Shown here: piece after piece, positions 52,634 to 64,000 of the stretch
How positions within the stretch are numbered: the stretch's first letter is position 1
How the letters are laid out: each line of letters opens with the position of its first letter
Source: Okamejei kenojei
Lineage: Eukaryota
Length of the DNA stretch: 64,000 bases
Direction of reading: 5' to 3'
NCBI GenBank assembly: GCA_035221665.1
Contig: CM069140.1
Span: 19,282,001-19,346,000, forward strand
Program-made: the position numbers and the translations under genes
The notes under the pieces: model-generated
What the model was told of the DNA's origin: nothing
Database searches by the model: none
The model's input: only the letters and a program-made list of their open reading frames with translations

Positions 52634-53988
52634 CTTTAGTTTAAAAATACATTTTATATTAATGATAATGAAGTCAAATCATAATGAAGTGGTACAAAGA
52701 ATATAAAAACGCTTACATTGCTTGCACCCTTAATCTATCATTTGTTACGAACACATCAAAGGATCAATGTTTAAATTCAGTATTAACGAATTTGTTGCTA
52801 TTGGAGCGCATTGTAAAAAAATGGTCCCTTCGGGGGAGGGGGGGGGGGTGTGTGTGTGTGTGTGTGTGAGGAAACCCCACCACAGGTGAAATGGACAATA
52901 TGCACACACCATGCAAGGTTGCACTGGAGGTCAGGATTGAACCCAAGAAGTTGGTTCAGCAGCTCTACCAGCTGGGTCATTGCACTGCCATTTTTGATAT
53001 TGTACAGTATCCTTAATGCTCGTGATTTGATCTGTAATAAATCTTTAGCCAAAAGAGAAACAATAATTGTGTGTGCAGAGATGATGATTTATGCTTGATT
53101 TATTTCCGTACCTCTTGGATGGCTTTGCAACAGTGTAACTGTGATAATCAAGTACCACAATGAAGCAAAACAGTCGGACAACTTGGGGCATTGAAGTTTT
53201 ACACAAAGTGGATATTTCCAATTGCACCCTGCATTTGCCATGTGTTAAATTCACCCAGTGCTGTGAAGTAGGACGCAGTATCTCACTTGACTCTTACCTG
53301 ACCAAAACCCCACTATAACACTGTGATCAACTGCAGTTTTATTTTCCTGACAGCTGCCAAATAGAAATTCATGTGGTATACCATTAAAAAATATAATTGT
53401 CAGTCCTGAATCATCATTCTCAGAAACTGCGATGCAAACCCTCTGTACCTCCACCCACTAAAGAGACTTGACTAGGGTATATCACAGCCTTATTACTTCC
53501 TTTAACTAGATCTTTCAGTAGTGCAGTCATCACGCCTGTCATAATGATGCATTTCCACATTGTTCACAGGTGAAGGTTAGCAGTTTGTCATTTCAGTCAG
53601 TATCATATAACATTTTACAGTGGCAACTCCTGATATTATTTGCGATGAAGATACACATTTTACTGTCACAGACACCCAACCAATACCAACTGCCTAATAA
53701 TATAATGGTACTTCAAACAACAAAAAATCTCCTTTCCCTGTTTCCCATCTGCACCCTTGTCACCTGCCTCATCCATTCTTTGCTCCATCTGTGTTTTCAT
53801 CTCACCTTTGTCCTTCTCACTCCATGATCCCACTGTCCAGATATGTGCTTCTCTTTGTACTGTTATCACTCACCATCATTGATCCAATTATTCCTCATCC
53901 TCTTGTCCCACATAGTCTATAGAAATTCCGCAGCATTCTCTAATGTTGATAGCTAACTGAATTAAATCAAGTGAAGAGTTTTACTTAC

Positions 53989-54142
53989 TCTGGGGTAAGG
54001 AAGCCCACTGGTAGTATTGAATGCTGGCAGCAACCTGTACCCAAGTTCCTTTGCCATGAAGAGAAGGTCATCGTTGTACCACTGCATCTGCTCACTTTGT
54101 TCTTTCACTAAAGTGGCCATGGAATGGCCTCCCAGCAAACCT
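53989..54142 (-). CDS. EDEM3: EDEM3 exon 6
   Basis: GLLGGHSMA...[32 protein letters not shown]; 154 nt. Confidence 0.96.
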
Positions 54143-54176
54143 CTAAGAAATGATTAATTAATGGCATATCAGCGAC

Positions 54177-54380
54177 NNNNNNNNNNNNNNNNNNNNNNNN
54201 NNNNNNNNNNNNNNNNNNNNNNNNNNNNNNNNNNNNNNNNNNNNNNNNNNNNNNNNNNNNNNNNNNNNNNNNNNNNNNNNNNNNNNNNNNNNNNNNNNNN
54301 NNNNNNNNNNNNNNNNNNNNNNNNNNNNNNNNNNNNNNNNNNNNNNNNNNNNNNNNNNNNNNNNNNNNNNNNNNNNNNNN
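54177..54380. other. Assembly gap (204 N) in EDEM3 intron 5
   Basis: Run of n next to a (TC)n repeat. Confidence 0.99.
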
Positions 54381-54403
54381 TCTCTCTCTCTCATTTTACT
54401 TAC

Positions 54404-54516
54404 CCTAGCACCCTAATATTAGTCTCAAAGACTGAGACAACAATATCATTATCCAAGTGAACATCATTTATAACCTTCTTCACGGCAACTTCAAATTCTT
54501 CTACTTGATTCAGCAG
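54404..54516 (-). CDS. EDEM3: EDEM3 exon 5 (FETNIR catalytic Glu motif)
   Basis: [38 protein letters not shown]; 113 nt. Confidence 0.96.
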
Positions 54517-54608
54517 CTGAGAACACAAAAGCATTCGATTTAGTGACTCTTCCTGCTTCTTTGTTCTTCAATACATATTGAACTAAAATCTAAGCAGCTT
54601 TCACTTAC

Positions 54609-54648
54609 TGCAAGAGTATCCAGAGTGTCAATTAAGGTCAAAGAAAAT
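54609..54648 (-). CDS. EDEM3: EDEM3 exon 4
   Basis: FSLTLIDTLDTLA; CAG / GTAAGT, 40 nt. Confidence 0.94.
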
Positions 54649-55419
54649 CTGAAAGCAAATAATAAATAGTTAACATGAGGGTGAAGCAAACAGTTTTAGA
54701 TGCATGCCAGTGAATGTTTATATGATGACTTAGTAAAGTTTTAGTCTATTAACAGATTCCTAAATATGGAGTAATCACCCATAGGAAAATGGCCAGTCAG
54801 TACAACTGTTCATACAAGACTAACTGAAAACCTGAATATTATTTTGCATTTTCCACAAAAATGTTATTCTCAATTATCCAGTGAATTGGATTTTATTTAC
54901 CAGGGAACAACTCAATCCTTTGAAATCCCATTGGCATATGATTTAGTAAAGCTTGCAGCACTTGAATTATCCATTAAAAAATAGTTGGCACCTCATCCAC
55001 CCCTTTAATGCCTCATGTCAGGCTTATTTCAACGTTTATGCAGCCAGACTTGTATTTGAGCAATGAGCGAGATGCTGTCTGTCTGAAACAGGGGCAAGGT
55101 TGGTGGTTACGTGGACTCAGTTGTAGCATTATCGCCTCAAAAGTTGCAAGATCATGGACACATTTACATTTCAGTGACCACCCTTTAAATGAATAGTTAC
55201 TATCGGGCAAAGATTCAAAGTTTAATGCCTTCAAGTTGAATAGGAACTAAATCTTCCAAATCTGGCCTTTCCCCAAACAATAAAAATCATAGCATCCAAA
55301 CCTCCACTGTACTATTTTGTTAACCTAAATTCTATTATCACCTGCATTCCATACTTTCTTCAGCATGTCAAAGAACAAATGCTGAGACTAACAGAGATTT
55401 AGTACAAAGGGGCACTAAC

Positions 55420-55520
55420 TTGCCAAGCGCATCATCCACGTCACCACGACTAGGTTCCAAGCCACGCACACGGCCACGACATGTCAGCGGCATTAGTTCA
55501 TCAGCTGGGTAAGCGTGTTT
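55420..55520 (-). CDS. EDEM3: EDEM3 exon 3 (GH47 domain)
   Basis: [33 protein letters not shown]; CAG / GTTAGT, 101 nt. Confidence 0.96.
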
Positions 55521-55550
55521 CTGCATGAAGTCAAAACTTGTCAATCTTCC

Positions 55551-55585
<35 letters not shown>

Positions 55586-55594
55586 TATTATATA
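55551..55594. repeat. (TA)n(CA)n microsatellite
   Basis: Seen directly; 30 nt from the EDEM3 exon 3 acceptor. Confidence 0.9.
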
Positions 55595-56228
55595 TAATTT
55601 TTTTTACACATTTTTAAAATAGCATATATTAGTTGGATATACTGAAGAGAGCAATATTCTAAACATTACAGAATAACACAATTTGAAAGCAGTTCAAAAT
55701 ACATAATAACAGTCATACAATTGTGGATTAAATTTCATAAAAAACAATTGTATAAATGAATCATATTTGATGAGATTACATCAGGAATACTGTGTACAAC
55801 ATTGTTCTCTTTACTTTACTTTTAGAACGTCAAACAGTACATAACAGGCCTTTTGGCCCACAATGTCTAAACCAAACATGATGCGATGACCAACAGGGCT
55901 CGAAAGTAGCGGTTGCCCGGGTGCCAATGACCACCCAAAGTGCCACCGGGCAACCTAAACGCCGACTCATTTTGCCCGGCTTGGCAAGCAAATACTGATT
56001 TATACTGATAGACACAAAAAACTGGAGTAACTCCGCGGGTAAGGCAGCATCTCTGGAGAACGTGACGTTTCGTGTCGATGGCTGTATTCCTCTAGTATCT
56101 TTGATTGCGGGGCAAAGATACTAGGAGCGCGGTGACGAAGGGTCGGAGCGAATGCGGGCCCCGTACAGCGGGACCAGCGGCAACAGCAGTGATAGCGGCT
56201 CTACCTCCTCCTCCTCCCGCACCCCGCC

Positions 56229-56455
56229 CGGCGGAAGGAGGCCTCCCTCTCCTTCCTCCCGGCATCAGCATGCGAGAGGGGTTGCGAAAGCTCAGTTGGT
56301 GGATTTGCTGCAGTATATTTTGATTTGCAGGCAGCGGCCGCTATCGCCCCGATAACGGGCGCTGCCTGCAAACCCGTTAACTGAGCTTTCAATACAACCC
56401 CTCTCGCACGCCGAGGCCGGCCGGGAGGGAGGGAGATGGAGGCCTCCTTCCGCCG
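56229..56455. repeat. GC-rich long imperfect palindrome
   Basis: CGGCGGAAGGAGGCCTCC...GGAGGCCTCCTTCCGCCG with nested paired blocks centred near 56348. Confidence 0.85.
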
Positions 56456-56744
56456 TCTGAAGCAGCTGCACCAAAGATCCTACAGCTATAGGATCTTTGA
56501 GCTGCACCGCTCGGCCCCGCACCTACCTGTCGGCTGGCGGAGGAGGGGAGGCGGTGGTGACGAGTTCCCAACCCCCTTTGGCGGCGGCACTTTGGCGTTG
56601 GACAGGGATGGCCAAGGCAGCGGGGCGATGTCGTCCGAGGAGCGCTGACCTTCCTTCCTCCCCCCTCATCTGCTCCTTCCCTCCCCCCCCCTCTCTCTCT
56701 CGTACGCCCCCCTCCACCCCTCTTATCCTGGGACCCCTCCTCTC

Positions 56745-57485
56745 CATCCCACACTGATCCCCATTCCCTCCTCTATTCAGTCCTCACTGACATCTCCTGT
56801 GCTCCCCCCATCTACCCCCCCCCCCCAATCTATTCATCACCCTACCCACCTCGCATTGATTCTCCTGCCACCCCCCCATCCATCCTACACTGATCCCCCA
56901 ATTCATCCTGTACTGACCCCCCTTCACATTCATACTGCACTTCTCCCCCATTCATAATGCACTGATCCTCCCATTCATCTCGTACTGACCCACCTTCCTG
57001 CACCAAACCCCCCATCCATCCTGTAGTGATCTTCCCATTCATCTATTACTGATCCCCCATTCATCCTGTACTGATCCCCTCATGCATCCCGTACTGATCC
57101 CCCATTCATCCTATACTAAACCCCTCATTCATCCTGTAGTGATCCGCCATTCATCCTGCACAGACCCTCCGATCCACACTGTCCTGACCCCCTCTCCATT
57201 CATCCTGCACTGATTCCCCCCATTCATCCTGTGCTGATCCCCCCCCATCCATCCTGTACTAAATCCCCCATTCAAGAAGAATGGGGGGGGGGGGAACAGT
57301 CTGAAATAGGCAACCCAAAACCTTGCCTATTTCCTTAGCTCCATAGATGCTGCCTCACCCGCTGAATTTCTCCAGCATTTTTGTCTAACCCCATTCATCC
57401 TGTACTGAACCCCCCATTCATCCTGTACTGATCCCCCCCATCCATCCCGTACTGATCCCCCATTCAACACCACTGACATCCCCCG
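56745..57485. repeat. ~22-bp minisatellite (CCCCCATTCATCCTGTACTGAT)n interrupted by a pLTR insertion
   Basis: Many degenerate tandem units; Penelope-type insert at about 57275-57388. Confidence 0.9.
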
Positions 57486-58166
57486 TGCTCTCCCCTTACA
57501 ATTTTACATACTCCAACCAACACGTACTAATTCACCTGCCTCAATCCATCCATTCCGCACCGATTGCCTTCTCAACCACCCCCCCCCCATTCTTCTTGAA
57601 CGGAATGCAATCAAATGTGTTTTAATTCCTAATATTATTATTTGTTTTGACACCTTTAAACAAATTACCAAAAGAACATTTGCTGCAGTTATGTCATTTG
57701 GCCTTCTCTTGTCCGTTAGTGTAATGTTTAACCTGTCAGATGGATATAGTCGGTTTTAACAGCTATTATCATAAAATGCCTTTAGAAATGTCCTTGCAAC
57801 CTGTATATTTTGTTATGGATAAATTATGTGGGAAGCCAGAGTGTTTCTGTGCCAATAGCAATAACGACCCATGCTATGGCCATGTCATGGTAATTTTCGG
57901 TCCTTCACAGAAAACATGTTTGCATCAATCTGTAGTGTGCATGGTCCAGGATTTATTGACACAGGTTGATCATTTGCTGAATAATCCAAACACATTTTTG
58001 TTTGGAAGTGGAAAGAACTAATAGAAATTGCATTAACTGCAATGTGTAAATAGAGTTGAGATATTGTATTATAACGTTGCTGCATGTCATTGTGGTATAT
58101 ATCATGTCTTGATTGCTGAATATGTTTAGTTTGTGAGTTATTTGAAGCAGAAATAATATGTGAATG

Positions 58167-58383
58167 TAGACAAAAGTGCTGGAGAAACTCAGCGGATGCG
58201 GCAGCATCTATGGAGCGAAGGAAATGGGCAATGTTTCGGGTCGAAACCCTTCTTCAGACTGATGGGTTTCGGCCTGAAACATTGCCTATTTCCATAGATC
58301 CATAGATGCTGCTGCACCCGCTGAGTTTCTCCAGCACTTTTGTCTACCTTCGATTTTCCAGCATCTGCAGTTCCTTCTTGAAC
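58167..58383. mobile_element. Inverted Penelope-pLTR mini element with 14-bp TSD
   Basis: ATAATATGTGAATG at 58153-58166 and 58384-58397; inverted arms of about 85 bp; hammerhead-like cores on both strands. Confidence 0.85.
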
Positions 58384-58939
58384 ATAATATGTGAATGCTT
58401 CATTGAGCATAATTCTGACTGGTAACTACGCGCTTCGTCAGAGCACATTATCACACGCGTCATGCAAACCGTCTTAAATGACCATCTAAACTGTCATTTG
58501 GCAGCATTCATGGATAGATTTGGAAAACAACATTTTGGATTATGTCCCTCTTCAGACTCAAAATTTTGTTTTTTGTTCAAGAGTCCAGAATCTGCTGTCT
58601 CCTGTGTGTTGAAGATAGTCAGGTTACAGGAGAAAGAGGTTGAGAGTTTGCATGTGATAACACATTGTTGAAAATGGATCTCAAGATGTATCAAGAGCAT
58701 TGGTTCAGAGAACTACAAATATTTCAGTGACACAACAGTGGGTGGTCCCAATTTAGGAAGGGAGAGATTTTCATTTAGAATTAATATGGAATAATGTGGA
58801 CCTGGAGACAACTGTTCTTGTAAAAGATGCAGCAATAGAGACAACTTTTGCCAAATACCTGATACAAATTGAGAAAGAAAACCGAGTTCACCAATGGAAA
58901 ATAGATGAACAGAAATCCTTCTCCCGGTCCTCCAACGCA

Positions 58940-59400
58940 ATGTTGTTGAACCATTTGTCTCTGCCCCTCTCCTTACACTCTACCAAGGATTACTTTCTCC
59001 CAACACCCTGGTTCAAACACTCGTCTCTCCTTCACTTTCTAACTGTACCTTCCTGTTCAATCATAGGAGATGCAACACATAACCTTATACTTTCTCTTTA
59101 TCATGTCATCTAGGGTTCCAAATGCTCTCCAGAGGAAATAGATTGACGTAATTCTTTAAATGTTGCGTACAGTATTCATTTCTCACGACAAAGGAAATCA
59201 AACATTTATTGGGTGACCATTTTGAGAACACATCCATTGATGTGATCCCGATGAGAAGCCCATCTGTCTTTTAGAAATTCTCAATTCTCCTCTCTCGTTC
59301 CTCTCCTAAACTGTTCCATGGAGCACAATGAAAGTGTGAAGAGCAAGTCTAATTCTCGAATTGAGCCTTCAAGGCTGTGTTTAACAATTCAAAATTGCTC
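58940..59400 (+). mobile_element. Old Penelope-like ORF remnant
   Basis: Degenerate homology to 62050-62480. Confidence 0.5.
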
Positions 59401-59499
59401 CTATTTGTTTTTACAAAATCTGTAGTTCCCTGAAGGTGTTTGATCTCCCTTCTTAAATACAGGTTTTATGTTAGCTATTTACCAACTGCTCTGACTATA

Positions 59500-60109
59500 T
59501 CTTATCTATATACTTTTAAGAGTGAGTGAGTGTGAGTGTAAGTGTGCGTGTGCATGTGCAAGTCAGCCAATTTGGTCAATTATTTTCCCCAGTTTTTTTA
59601 ATTAAAATTGTTGACCAATTTGACCTTTTTAAAAAAAAAATCTGACCACTGCCCAGTTGCTGACGTTATAATAACAGTGAAATTTTTACATATTCTGGTA
59701 GAAATTTGGTATGATTTCAAAAATCCACCTCTGTAAATTTGCTAAATTATTTCACGGGTTATAAGAGTTATTCACATTTTTAGCTTTAATAAATCCCTTT
59801 TCCACTTGTCATGCCCGTCTGCTGCGCCTGCACAGTAATACCTGTGTGTTTTACATCACAATTGGAACCCAATGGGTGGGAATGGCTGCGCCACCGGAGA
59901 GCCGCTAAGAGTGAATGGGGGGGGGGGGGGAAGAGGACAAGGGTCAGAGTGGAGGGGGACTGAGGGGAGGAAGGGGATCAGGGGCATCACAACGGGAACC
60001 CGTCAGCCGCGCCTGCGCAGTTGGGGGCTATGCGTGAGTGGTGGAATATTGTGTTGGGGGGCCAGACCTCCCGTGTGAGAATGGGACCCAACGGGTCCCA
60101 CTTGCCTCG
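59500..60109 (+). mobile_element. Probable non-autonomous Helitron
   Basis: A|TC start with TCTATATAC + GTGA/GT microsatellite; subterminal hairpin TGGGACCC-AAC-GGGTCCCA; ends CTCG|T (CTRR-like). Confidence 0.6.
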
Positions 60110-61679
60110 TATTTTAATAAAAACATTAAAATTATGCGTGATCTGTTCATCTTTTAACTTGCATGGATTTACTGTCTCCACAGAATAGTTTACCTTTGCT
60201 TGATTTGATCATTTTAATGTTGTTTTAAAGGCAAATACATAATTAATTTTGTGTGAAAGAGATATAATTTCTTTCCACCTCTGTAGAAAGTATGTCTATT
60301 TCAGTTCTTACTTTGGGAGAACTTACTGGCATTTAAAAGATTGTTATGCTGTCTATTCACTCATGTTGTATCAAATTAGCACATATCTGTTCCTTGTTAT
60401 TCTGACTAATTGCAATCTATATTTGCTTTTCTACCTCTTTTAATTACTTGTCTGCAAACAGATAAGCTTTTGTATTTACACTGCAGCCTTCTGAATCAGT
60501 ATTATACACGGGGCCCGATGTAAGTACAAGTATTTGTTCTGGGTCAAGGTTTAAATCCTTTAGATTAGTGCAATATTTACCCATCCAGATGAAATAAAGC
60601 ACACGTAAAATAAACATCAGTCTATCCCACCCTGCATCCACAAGAATTTTCAGTTGGCAGTACAGAACATATATGTGCTGGGTAACATACTTCCAACAAA
60701 GAGAGCTAATAGAAAGTTAACAGATTTAGTAACGATACCCATGCTGAATATCAAACATCAATCTGCAGATGCTAGTTTAAACCGAAGATACCAAAAGCTG
60801 GAATAACTCAGCGGGACCCTTCTTCAAACTGAAGGGTCTCGACCTGAACCGTCACCCATTCCTTCTCTCCAGAGATGCTGCCTGTCCCGCTGAGTTACTC
60901 CAGCTTTTTGTGTCTCTCAATCCATTACTTATTCTACTTGACAATAAATTACGTAAAATGTTCGGTTTGGCAGTTTATGAAGCTGCCAAGCCTGTGACAG
61001 CCAGTGTTTTGGTTTTATAGCGATTGCATTTTTAAAAAGGATTTAACTTAAAAAAGTAAAAATCTTAAATGATTGGTCAAGTTTTAAATTGTTAAGTGAA
61101 TAAATAGTGTACAGTAGCCAATCATTAAATTTGAAGGCTAGTGGAAACTCATGACTATTTGCTCATTAAAATAATGGCTAATAATTAGATAATAATTACC
61201 TTCATAAAGTTACAAGATATGCATTAGCAATGAGGAATACCAAAAATGTATGATAAAATGTTAATGGTAAAATTGTTCTATTTAGAAGACACTAGGACAA
61301 AAAAATCTATTAAAGATAATCAACTTTCAAAGAAAAATAATGATTGTGTTTAAATAATATCCTTCAATCCAGAACTATGACACCTTTTAATAATAGTCTA
61401 ACATTCTTAGTGCAGAACCATGACCTGTTCGTCCAGTTCTTTATATCCTGCTTCACCAGGAACAGGAAACTATTAATAGTAAAAGGCAAAACACGGATGT
61501 TAAAGATTGGATTAGATGATCTGTTATTTGCTCAGCAGAGCAGTAAAATTAATGAGTGTGGTTCCAATTTTGATTATCAAGGAGAGTAGACGGTTCATGA
61601 AAATAATCATCGCCAAAACACATTTAAATAAAATGACTCATCTGAGAGCTGGAGAATAAAGAGAATAAAAGAGAATTCC

Positions 61680-62490
61680 CCTCCCCCATGTGGTCTGGGA
61701 CATAATTGCTAAACTACTCCGCCACCTCCAACACTCCCATCAAATCAACTGACCCCTAATATCAACCCTGGGACCCAAGCAGTAGGTCCGACAGATTTGC
61801 ACTCCTCCAACCTCATTACCCGCTGCTCCAGATGCCAGATCACCCCACTGTGGCTCTTCATTCTCCCCCTTCTGCCTGCCATCTCCTTCCGCACCAGCTT
61901 CTCCCTCAACGAAAAATACCCAGAGAATATGGACAAATTGCTAACCTCATTGTCGCATGTGTTGGCTCATGGAAAGAGCTATCCAATTAGTATCAGTCCC
62001 TTGCATTTTCTCTGACAGGTTTTCAAATTTCCCCAATCAATTATTTATCCAACACTTGTTTGAAGCCAGCTTCTCCAAGATTCCACCACTAGAAACATTT
62101 TCTCTTCCCCTCCTGAATTTCCACGGGACCATTTTCTTTACAATTTCCTGATCCACTCTTCTGTGCCCGCATGAACCACTCCATTCTCCCAGTATTCTCC
62201 CATCCAACCTCAGGAAATGTAGCACATGCCCTTTTACTGCTTCCCTCACCACCATCCTGTCATCCAAGTGAGGCAGTGATTGACTCGTAATTTTTCCAAG
62301 CTAGTGTTCTGCCTTGGTGTACACAATGTGGTCTCTTCCACACTGGAGAAACCAGATGCAGATTAGAAAACTATTCTTCCAGTGGAGAATCTGAACTCCC
62401 CATTACCTGCAATCTGAATTCACCATTCCTCTCCCACGCCGACCCAGCTTTTTGTGGCATTCTGCACCATTATAACAATGTCCAACAATA
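61680..62490 (+). mobile_element. Degenerate Penelope-like ORF (Zn-finger + GIY-YIG)
   Basis: RKCSTCPFT and QCGLFHTGETRCRL (eroded YIG motif). Confidence 0.65.
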
Positions 62491-63722
62491 CCAGGAAGCA
62501 GTAAAGTCTGCGAGAACACAATACGTTTCCCACCTTATTTCCAAAAACGTCCATTATTCCAAGGTCCTATTTAGTACCATTACCTCTGTCATATGTCCTG
62601 CCCCCAGTACCAGCTTAGCTGGGTCTCTTGCTAAGTGTGAAGAATTTACTACATTTTTCACCAGCAAAGTTGAGAACATTCGAACAAATATTTCCCCTAC
62701 CATCCATGACCTAGCTGTCTCATTGACCTGTTCTTCTAAATTAGACTGTTTCCAACCCGATTACTCTACCCTCCCTTGTAAAGCTGGTCTCCACCATGAA
62801 ACCTGCAACCTGCCCCCTTGACGTTGTCCCCACTGCCCTTCTGAAGGATGTCATTGCAATAGCTGGTCCCAGCATCCTCTCCATCATCAATAGTTCTCTG
62901 GCCACTGGCACTGTTCCTGACCCTGTCTTGCCTAGCAACTATAGACCTATTTCAAAACTGCCTTTCCTTTCAAAAGTCCTTGAAAAGGTAATTCTAAATC
63001 AACTAATGCCTTACCTACACAAAAAAAAACATCCTGGAAAGTTTCCAATCAGGTTTCAGGGCCCACCAAAGCACAGAGTCTGCCTTGTTGAAGGTACACA
63101 ACGACCTGCTTCTCGCCATCGACTCCGGCGACTCTGCAATCCTGCTCCTACTCGACCTCATCCTAATTGACCACCTCCGGTACAGGGTTAGTGTTGATGG
63201 CGCTGCCCTGAGCTGGTTCATTTCCTACCCCAAAGATAGGAGTTTCTCTACCAACATAGGCAACTCTTTCTCTTCCCCAGCTAGCCTTTTCTGCGGGGTT
63301 CCACAAGGTTCCATCCTAGGCCCCGTTCTCTTCGCCCTGTATGCTCCCCCTCAGCCAAGTCATTCAAATGCACAGCATTTCTTTCCACTGCTATGCAGAC
63401 GATACACAGCTCTATCTCCCCTTGAAACCCAACATCCGATCAAATCTACTCAGCCTCATGCACTGCCTCGAGGATATAAAGTGTTGGATGGCGCAGAACT
63501 TCCTCCAACTAAACGAGAGCAAGTCTGAGGTCATCCTACTCGGCCCCTCGAACTCCATCAAAACGATAGCAGGCAGCCTTGGAAGGCTAACCTCCTTACT
63601 CAAACTGCACGTCAAAAACCTTGGCGTAATATTTGACTCCGCATTAAAGTTTGATAAACAAGTCAATGCTGTGGTAAAAGCTGGTTTCTTCCAGCTTCGC
63701 ACGATAGCTAAAATCAAACCTT
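62490..63722 (+). mobile_element. L2-clade LINE RT fragment
   Basis: TCPLDVVPT, NYRPISKLPFLSKVLEK, STESALLKVHNDLL, GVPQGSILGP, CYADDTQLY; frameshifted. Confidence 0.92.
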
Positions 63723-63729
63723 TCCAATT

Positions 63730-64000
63730 AGCATTCAGCACATTCCCAGCTGCAATTGGTCCAAATGCAGTGACCCCCTTCCATGTGATCCTTCTTCTCC
63801 CCATCCCCTGGCTCCGCTATTTTTAAGAGCCCTATCTAGTTCTTTCTTGAAAGCATCCAGAGAACCTGCCTCCACCGCCCTCTGAAGCAGGGAATTCCGC
63901 AGACTCACCACTCTCTGTGAGAAAAAGTGTTTCCTCTTCTCCATTCTAAATGACTTACTCCTTATTCTTAAACTGTAGCTCCTGGTTCTGGACTCCCCCA
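63730..64000 (-). mobile_element. CR1 LINE 3' fragment
   Basis: RKHFFSQRVVSLRNSLLQRAVEAGSLDAFKKELD. Confidence 0.85.

Noticed and set aside
54158-54460. ORFs containing X runs
   Set aside because: Artefacts of the N gap.
56100-56700. EDEM3 promoter or exon 1 CpG island
   Set aside because: No signal-peptide ORF or exon-2-like peptide (MFDHAY) was found between 55520 and 64000; the palindromic structure suggests a TE.
56745-57485. CRISPR-like array
   Set aside because: Contiguous degenerate tandem units without unique spacers, in eukaryotic DNA: a minisatellite.

Overview
Vertebrate genomic DNA; the repeat content (HE1/V-type SINEs, CR1, Penelope-like elements) points to a cartilaginous fish, probably a skate (inference). 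Two multi-exon genes lie in tandem on the minus strand. TOR3A is complete: 6 coding exons, 18501->6793, about 367 aa, an ER AAA+ torsin. EDEM3 is present as coding exons 3-20 (55520->27251; GH47 mannosidase + PA domain + acidic tail ending in KDEL); exons 1-2 were not found in the window. All listed exons have GT-AG borders and consistent phases, but EDEM3 exon 10 carries compensating frameshifts, probably a consensus error. Introns hold a Tc1 transposon, Harbinger-like MITEs, a probable non-autonomous Helitron, L2/CR1/L1/Rex1 fragments and a 204-N gap. Most interesting signals: (i) about 20 short Penelope-derived repeats with a minimal hammerhead-ribozyme core, some as TSD-flanked inverted ~200-bp units; (ii) a candidate frame-preserving 15-nt microexon in EDEM3 intron 19; (iii) a candidate stop-containing exon in EDEM3 intron 18. 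EDEM3 exon numbers follow the human gene from memory.
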